Assembly: GCF_000354175.2 (NCBI RefSeq)
Contig: NC_022349.1
Span: 600,001-632,000 of the forward strand
Reading direction: 5' to 3'
Source of the DNA: Vibrio alginolyticus NBRC 15630 = ATCC 17749
Lineage (GTDB): Bacteria; Pseudomonadota; Gammaproteobacteria; Enterobacterales; Vibrionaceae
DNA length: 32,000 bases
A program made the position numbers and the translations under genes. This document shows positions 27,525 through 32,000 of this stretch, piece after piece. Numbering within the stretch: the first letter of the stretch is position 1; each line of letters opens with the position of its first letter. The notes beneath the pieces are model-generated. The model saw only the letters and a program-made list of their open reading frames with translations. It did no database searches and was not told the DNA's origin.

Positions 27525-29117
27525 TTGATCTCCACAGCGAATATTACTCAACAATTCGGCGCTAAGCCGCTATTCGAAAACATTTCAGTTAAGTTCGGCG
27601 AAGGCAATCGCTATGGCTTAATTGGAGCTAACGGTTGTGGTAAATCAACCTTTATGAAGATCCTCAGCGGCGAGCTTGAGCAAACCAGTGGTAACGTAAG
27701 CTACGATCCAAACGAGCGCGTTGCAAAACTGAACCAGGACCAGTTCGCTTACGAAGAATTTACGGTAATCGATACCGTTATCATGGGTCATAAAGAGCTA
27801 TGGGAAGTGAAGAAAGAGCGTGACCGTATCTACTCACTTGCTGAAATGAGTGAAGAAGACGGCATGAAAGTGGCTGACCTAGAAGTTCAGTTTGCGGAAA
27901 TGGACGGCTACATGGCAGAAGCCAAAGCGGGCGAACTTCTTCTTGCGGTGGGTATTCCAATGGAGCAGCACTTCGGTCTAATGAGTGAAGTAGCACCAGG
28001 CTGGAAACTTCGTGTGCTTCTAGCGCAGGTTCTATTCGCAGACCCAGATGTGATGCTTCTTGACGAACCTACCAACAACTTGGACATGGACACAATCCGT
28101 TGGTTGGAAGACACGCTAAACGCGCGTAACTGCACAATGATCATCATTTCGCACGACCGTCACTTCCTAAACTCAGTATGTACACACATGGCTGACTTGG
28201 ACTACGGTGAACTACGTGTTTACCCAGGTAACTACGACGAGTACATGACGGCGGCTTCTCAAGCTCGCGAACGTCTACTAAACGACAACGCTAAGAAGAA
28301 AGCACAAATCGCTGAGCTACAAACTTTCGTTGCGCGTTTCTCTGCAAACGCATCGAAAGCAAAACAAGCGACATCTCGTGCGAAGCAAATCGACAAGATC
28401 AAACTGGACGAAGTGAAAGCGTCTAGCCGTCAAAACCCATTTATTCGTTTTGAACAGTCTAAAGAGCTGTTCCGTAACGCTCTGATTGTAGAAAACCTGA
28501 GCCAAGGTTTTGAAGAGGACTTGTTCTCAGACTTCAATGCAATTTTTGAAGTGGGAGAGCGCGTTGCGATCATCGGTGAAAATGGTGTGGGTAAAACAAC
28601 ACTTCTAAACACGCTTGCTGGTGTACTTGAACCGCGTGCTGGTGAGTTCAAATGGTCTGAAAATGCAAACATCGGTTACTACGCGCAAGACCACGCGCAT
28701 GACTTTGCAGAAGATATGAATCTAACGGATTGGATGGGTCAATGGCGTCAAGAAGGTGATGACGAGCAAGTCGTTCGTAGTTTCCTTGGTCGTATGCTGT
28801 TTGGTCAAGATGACATTAAGAAGTCAGTAAAAGTACTGTCTGGTGGTGAGCAAGGTCGTATGCTGCTTGGTAAGCTAATGATGCACAAGCCAAACATGCT
28901 GCTAATGGACGAACCAACCAACCACATGGACATGGAATCAATTGAATCTTTGAACACGGCGCTTGAGCAATACAAAGGCACGTTGTTCTTCGTCTCTCAC
29001 GACCGTGTATTCGTAGACTCACTAGCAACGCGTATTATCGAAATCCGCGATGGTAAAATCACAGACTTTAAAGGCACTTACTCTGAGTTCCTAAAATCTC
29101 GTGGCGTTGACGCGTAA
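27525..29117 (+). CDS. ybiT: ABC-F family ATPase YbiT
   Basis: From the TTG at 27525 ([42 protein letters not shown]) the product is 530 aa. It is colinear with remembered E. coli YbiT (530 aa). Two ABC cassettes and no TM domain. Confidence 0.9.
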   Translation: MISTANITQQFGAKPLFENISVKFGEGNRYGLIGANGCGKSTFMKILSGELEQTSGNVSYDPNERVAKLNQDQFAYEEFTVIDTVIMGHKELWEVKKERDRIYSLAEMSEEDGMKVADLEVQFAEMDGYMAEAKAGELLLAVGIPMEQHFGLMSEVAPGWKLRVLLAQVLFADPDVMLLDEPTNNLDMDTIRWLEDTLNARNCTMIIISHDRHFLNSVCTHMADLDYGELRVYPGNYDEYMTAASQARERLLNDNAKKKAQIAELQTFVARFSANASKAKQATSRAKQIDKIKLDEVKASSRQNPFIRFEQSKELFRNALIVENLSQGFEEDLFSDFNAIFEVGERVAIIGENGVGKTTLLNTLAGVLEPRAGEFKWSENANIGYYAQDHAHDFAEDMNLTDWMGQWRQEGDDEQVVRSFLGRMLFGQDDIKKSVKVLSGGEQGRMLLGKLMMHKPNMLLMDEPTNHMDMESIESLNTALEQYKGTLFFVSHDRVFVDSLATRIIEIRDGKITDFKGTYSEFLKSRGVDA

Positions 29118-29141
29118 TTACTCGCAAAGCGTTTAAAAAGC

Positions 29142-29171
29142 AAAAGCCTCGCTATTTAGCGAGGCTTTTTT
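29142..29171. terminator. Bidirectional rho-independent terminator between ybiT and the fdhD-side transcript
   Basis: AAAGCCTCGCT-attt-AGCGAGGCTTT, flanked by A and T runs. Confidence 0.85.
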
Positions 29172-29182
29172 GATATTTGGCC

Positions 29183-29302
29183 TTAATCCTTAAACTGACC
29201 GGTTATATACGCATAGATCCCGACCACGCCAAAGGTAATAATCATAGAAAGCATGATACCGCTGGGCGTAAGCAGAAAATTCCACAATTGGTCATTATTC
29301 AT
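29183..29302 (-). CDS. Candidate unannotated 39-aa single-TM protein downstream of fdhD
   Basis: Hand translation: MNNDQLWNFLLTPSGIMLSMIITFGVVGIYAYITGQFKD*. GAGGA lies 8 nt upstream of the ATG. It sits 55 nt after the fdhD stop on the same strand, just before the terminator. Confidence 0.4.
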   Translation of the reverse strand: MNNDQLWNFLLTPSGIMLSMIITFGVVGIYAYITGQFKD

Positions 29303-29357
29303 AGTCCACATCCTCTGTGAATCCGCATTATTGGTTTTAGTTTACACTGAAAAGGTG

Positions 29358-30182
29358 TTATTGGTTGCCTTTTACATCAAATTCAACCTTGTCGGCTCCT
29401 GTAAACACTTGGAAGCGCAAACCTTTCGCACGCGCAATGGTCGTAATACCAAATTGCTTCGCTAGATCTAACCCCATTTGAGTAACGCCAGAGCGAGAAA
29501 GCAGAACAGGAATGCCCATTTGAGCCACTTTAATCACCATCTCTGATGTAAGGCGACCAGTTGTGTAGAAAATTTTATCTTCACCTGTTTCTTCTTTGAG
29601 CCACATCTCACCTGCAAGTGTATCCACTGCGTTGTGACGGCCGACATCTTCCACAAATGATAACACCTCATTACCTTTGCAAACCGCACAGCCGTGTACT
29701 GCGCCCGCTTTTTTGTAGGTGTCGTTGTAATGAGTTAACGCTTCCAGCGCAGAATAAATTTCTGACTGCTTAAGAGGAACTTGAGGCACTTGATAATTTT
29801 CAAGCTGCTTCATCACGTTGCCATACATAGTGCCTTGGCCACAACCTGAGGTGACGGTTTTCTTTTTCAGGGCGCCTTCTAAGTGCTCAGTGTTTTCTTT
29901 AGTAATCACCGCTGCGGAATGCGTTTCCCAGTCAATAATAACGGATTCAATCGCGGCTGGATCGGACAGGAAGCTTTGGTTTTTTAAATAACCCAGTACT
30001 AGTGCTTCTGGACGCGAACCTAGCGTCATGAGCGTGACCACTTCTTTCCAGTTCAGCATGACCGTAAGAGGACGCTCGCAAGCGATTTGCTTCGTGAGCT
30101 TTTCGCCGTACTCGTCATACACATCGACTTCAATGGTTTGCAGGGGATTTTCACTGGTTTTAATAATATTTGGTTTCAGCAC
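29358..30182 (-). CDS. fdhD: Formate dehydrogenase accessory sulfurtransferase FdhD
   Basis: 274 aa with the conserved TSGCGQG cysteine loop and the VGRHNAVD motif. Confidence 0.92.
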   Translation of the reverse strand: MLKPNIIKTSENPLQTIEVDVYDEYGEKLTKQIACERPLTVMLNWKEVVTLMTLGSRPEALVLGYLKNQSFLSDPAAIESVIIDWETHSAAVITKENTEHLEGALKKKTVTSGCGQGTMYGNVMKQLENYQVPQVPLKQSEIYSALEALTHYNDTYKKAGAVHGCAVCKGNEVLSFVEDVGRHNAVDTLAGEMWLKEETGEDKIFYTTGRLTSEMVIKVAQMGIPVLLSRSGVTQMGLDLAKQFGITTIARAKGLRFQVFTGADKVEFDVKGNQ

Positions 30183-30311
30183 AGTCGTGTCCTAGTGATT
30201 AAGAGCGTTAGGTTGCTACGCATTTTAGCTTTTTAAATGGCTAGCAAATCTCATTCCAAAATAGCGGTTCCCACAGAAATTGCGAGGTTTTATGTCAACA
30301 ATGCATTAAAA

Positions 30312-30325
30312 CTGCGAGTTCGCAG
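30312..30325 (+). promoter_or_regulatory. 14-bp inverted repeat CTGCGA-gt-TCGCAG; candidate activator site
   Basis: Perfect 6+2+6 dyad, about 90 bp upstream of the -24 element at 30408. Its function is inferred only from position. Confidence 0.3.
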
Positions 30326-30407
30326 TAATGACACATCAATACATTTGAGTTTCGTCTAGTTTGGTACTTATAGCCTGAGGGAGTATATAGACTAAGTTAT
30401 ATCAGCT

Positions 30408-30423
30408 TGGCGCGTTTATTGCT
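30408..30423 (+). promoter_or_regulatory. sigma54 (-24/-12) promoter upstream of the DUF3305-like gene
   Basis: TTGGCGCGTTTATTGCT with GG-N10-GC exact, about 83 nt upstream of the ATG at 30506. Confidence 0.72.
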
Positions 30424-30505
30424 TCGAAGACAATAAAAATGGTCGAAAACGGGGGCAAAATGTCCTGTGTGTTTTCAGACCAAAAATAGAAAGACTGGGT
30501 GAGTT

Positions 30506-30970
30506 ATGTCGGATAAGAAAGATTTCGAAAAAAATTACGAAAAGACTGAGGATACATGGCCAATCGGCGTAGAGCTTGTTGAGCATGAGATCAGTACAGG
30601 GATTTGGGTGACAACCCAATGGCAGTTGACAGGATTTGCGCTGAATCCGACGGAAGAGACTCCAGATGTTTGTCCGTTGCAATTACATAAAGATGAACGT
30701 ACAGACTACCGCTTTAACTTAAGCTCTCTGCAACCTAAACTCTTTTTAGTGATGGATAACGTCGAGTCTGGTGAAAAACCAGCGATACAGTTACTGACGG
30801 CTTCACAATCTGTTGCGGCGCAATATATGGATGGTGATAACCTTGTACTATCTAACGATATGCCGTTAGCCGTTCAGGCTTGGATGGAAGCCTTTATCGG
30901 TCGCCACGGTGAGTTGTTAGAAGTAAGACGTAAGAAACGCAAAGGAGCGGGCAGAGCAAATGGCAACTAG
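30506..30970 (+). CDS. DUF3305-like protein (uncharacterised, associated with formate dehydrogenase clusters)
   Basis: 154 aa, soluble, with a basic tail RRKKRKGAGR. The DUF assignment is from memory. The gene is adjacent to fdhD. Confidence 0.7.
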   Translation: MSDKKDFEKNYEKTEDTWPIGVELVEHEISTGIWVTTQWQLTGFALNPTEETPDVCPLQLHKDERTDYRFNLSSLQPKLFLVMDNVESGEKPAIQLLTASQSVAAQYMDGDNLVLSNDMPLAVQAWMEAFIGRHGELLEVRRKKRKGAGRANGN

Positions 30971-31586
30971 TTTTTTAAGCCGTTGGTCGAAACGTAAGTT
31001 AGAAGAATCTTCCCAACATGATGAAGAGATCACGCCGATAGCAGAGACGGCGCAATCCGAAGATAGTGTCACAGCGCTTTCAAACGCTGACGAAAGCTCA
31101 GATGCTTTGAACGTCAATGAGGATAGTCAGGCTCCAGACATTACCGCGAGTGTAGAGACTGAAAAAACCGAAAAAATGTCTGTGGCGCAACTGCTGGTTT
31201 CTGAAGCTTCAGAAAGTGTCAAGAAAGCTGCGCTGCGCAAAATGTTCTTGTCCGAAGAATTTAACGTGCGTGACGGCCTAGACGATTACGATGATGATTA
31301 CAGTAACTTAAAGTCACTTTCTCAAGACGTCGCTGAGACGCTGCGTGATTGGGTTAAAGACAAAGTGGAAGACGAACCAGACGCTGAAACTGCGCAAGGG
31401 TCTGAGCTTAACGCTAACGATATCGCATCTGAGGTAGTTGAAGACGCAGAGTCAAACACCGACAAAAATGCCCAAATTACTCAAGATGAAAATGAACTGT
31501 ATATAAACACAGTGTCTAGTGAAAGTGATACTTTTGCTGAAGAATCACAGTCTAACGAGGTGAGACAAAATATACCACATAAATAA
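30960..31586 (+). CDS. DUF3306-like protein: basic N-terminal peptide plus a long acidic low-complexity region
   Basis: 208 aa. N-terminus FLSRWSKRKLE and central ALRKMFLSEEFNVRDGLDDYDDDY resemble what I remember of DUF3306. The start overlaps the upstream gene by 11 nt. Confidence 0.7.
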   Translation: MATSFLSRWSKRKLEESSQHDEEITPIAETAQSEDSVTALSNADESSDALNVNEDSQAPDITASVETEKTEKMSVAQLLVSEASESVKKAALRKMFLSEEFNVRDGLDDYDDDYSNLKSLSQDVAETLRDWVKDKVEDEPDAETAQGSELNANDIASEVVEDAESNTDKNAQITQDENELYINTVSSESDTFAEESQSNEVRQNIPHK

Positions 31587-31617
31587 TAGGTACATTTTGA
31601 CTAAACACTCAATGAGC

Positions 31618-31651
31618 CGGCTGAGACAAAATGTCTCAACCGGTTTTTTTA
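31618..31651 (+). terminator. Rho-independent terminator after the DUF3306-like gene
   Basis: CCGGCTGAGACA-aaa-TGTCTCAACCGG (one mismatch) followed by TTTTTTT. Confidence 0.8.
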
Positions 31652-31707
31652 TCCCTACTATTTGTCAGTAAAATTGATAACCTATTGATTTTCAGTTGAT
31701 ATTTTAT

Positions 31708-31723
31708 TGGCATGACACTTGCT
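31708..31723 (+). promoter_or_regulatory. sigma54 (-24/-12) promoter upstream of the next (fdh-side) operon
   Basis: TTGGCATGACACTTGCT with GG-N10-GC exact, about 175 nt upstream of the ATG at 31898. Confidence 0.72.
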
Positions 31724-31897
31724 ATTTGTTGCTCAATACCAATCTGGTTGAAGTTAGTACGGACGCACTGCGTAGTATTCATCGCCTATAGATGGCGGAA
31801 TAAGAATTCTCATTGATAAGTTAATCAGCAGAATCTCCGGCGCTAACTACACTAAGAGATGGAAAAGACTATCCATGTTCATAAATGGAATTGAGCA

Positions 31898-32000
31898 ATG
31901 CTGAAACAATTATTAGAACAAGCAACTTCCAATAACGGTAAAGCGAGGCTGTACGCTTTCGAAAATACCGTAGAGTTGACCAATCTTATTCCACCAACCG
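31898..32000 (+). CDS. 5' end of an ORF running off the window, probably the first gene of a formate dehydrogenase-associated operon
   Basis: ATG at 31898, then 34 open codons (MLKQLLEQATSNNGKARLYAFENTVELTNLIPPT). The function cannot be read from this fragment; context only. Confidence 0.4.
   Translation, partial: MLKQLLEQATSNNGKARLYAFENTVELTNLIPPT

Noticed and set aside
29253-29465. 70-aa plus-strand ORF
   Set aside because: It overlaps the fdhD 3' end in antisense. The minus-strand 39-codon ORF with a proper SD explains this stretch better.
30416-30682. 88-aa minus-strand ORF
   Set aside because: It spans the sigma54 promoter and the 5' end of the DUF3305-like gene in antisense, with no SD and an implausible sequence.
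1-32000. Searched for CRISPR repeats, IS inverted repeats or transposases, integrases, tRNA/rRNA genes, toxin-antitoxin pairs and known defence-system signatures
   Set aside because: I could recognise no regularly spaced direct repeats, recombinase motifs, tRNA-like cloverleaf candidates or defence-gene hallmarks. The window reads as conserved chromosomal backbone.

Overview
This looks like a Vibrio chromosomal segment (NorM matches my memory of V. parahaemolyticus NorM; about 45% GC by eye). It is densely coding. I saw no tRNA or rRNA genes, IS elements, integrases or CRISPR arrays. All family names come from motif reading and memory, because no searches were possible.

Left edge: the promoter-proximal end of a syp-type biofilm polysaccharide locus on the minus strand (STAS SypA-like, OmpA-like and Wza-like genes). 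It has a GG-N10-GC sigma54 promoter and a perfect palindromic SypG-enhancer-like site.

Middle: a signal-peptide Lig E-type ATP DNA ligase, a lipoprotein, NorM, riboflavin synthase, a CPXCG zinc-ribbon protein and a fructosamine kinase. These are followed by a translationally coupled REC-CheC-like / PAS-GGDEF pair, NlpC/P60, an MCP, and NUDIX plus small membrane proteins. Next come a fatty acid hydroxylase, a DTW tRNA enzyme and NagK.

Right half, the most interesting part: a tightly packed tupABC-mobA-mobB/moeA operon for tungstate uptake and MGD cofactor completion. Next to it are a divergent, uncharacterised Cache-type histidine kinase / GAFTGA sigma54 activator pair, ABC-F YbiT and FdhD. 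A DUF3305/DUF3306-like pair and the first codons of what is probably a formate dehydrogenase operon follow.

Three further near-consensus sigma54 promoters sit upstream of tupA, the DUF3305-like gene and the fdh-side ORF. I infer an undescribed sigma54 two-component regulon coordinating W uptake, cofactor maturation and FDH. Two unannotated small membrane ORFs are also proposed.
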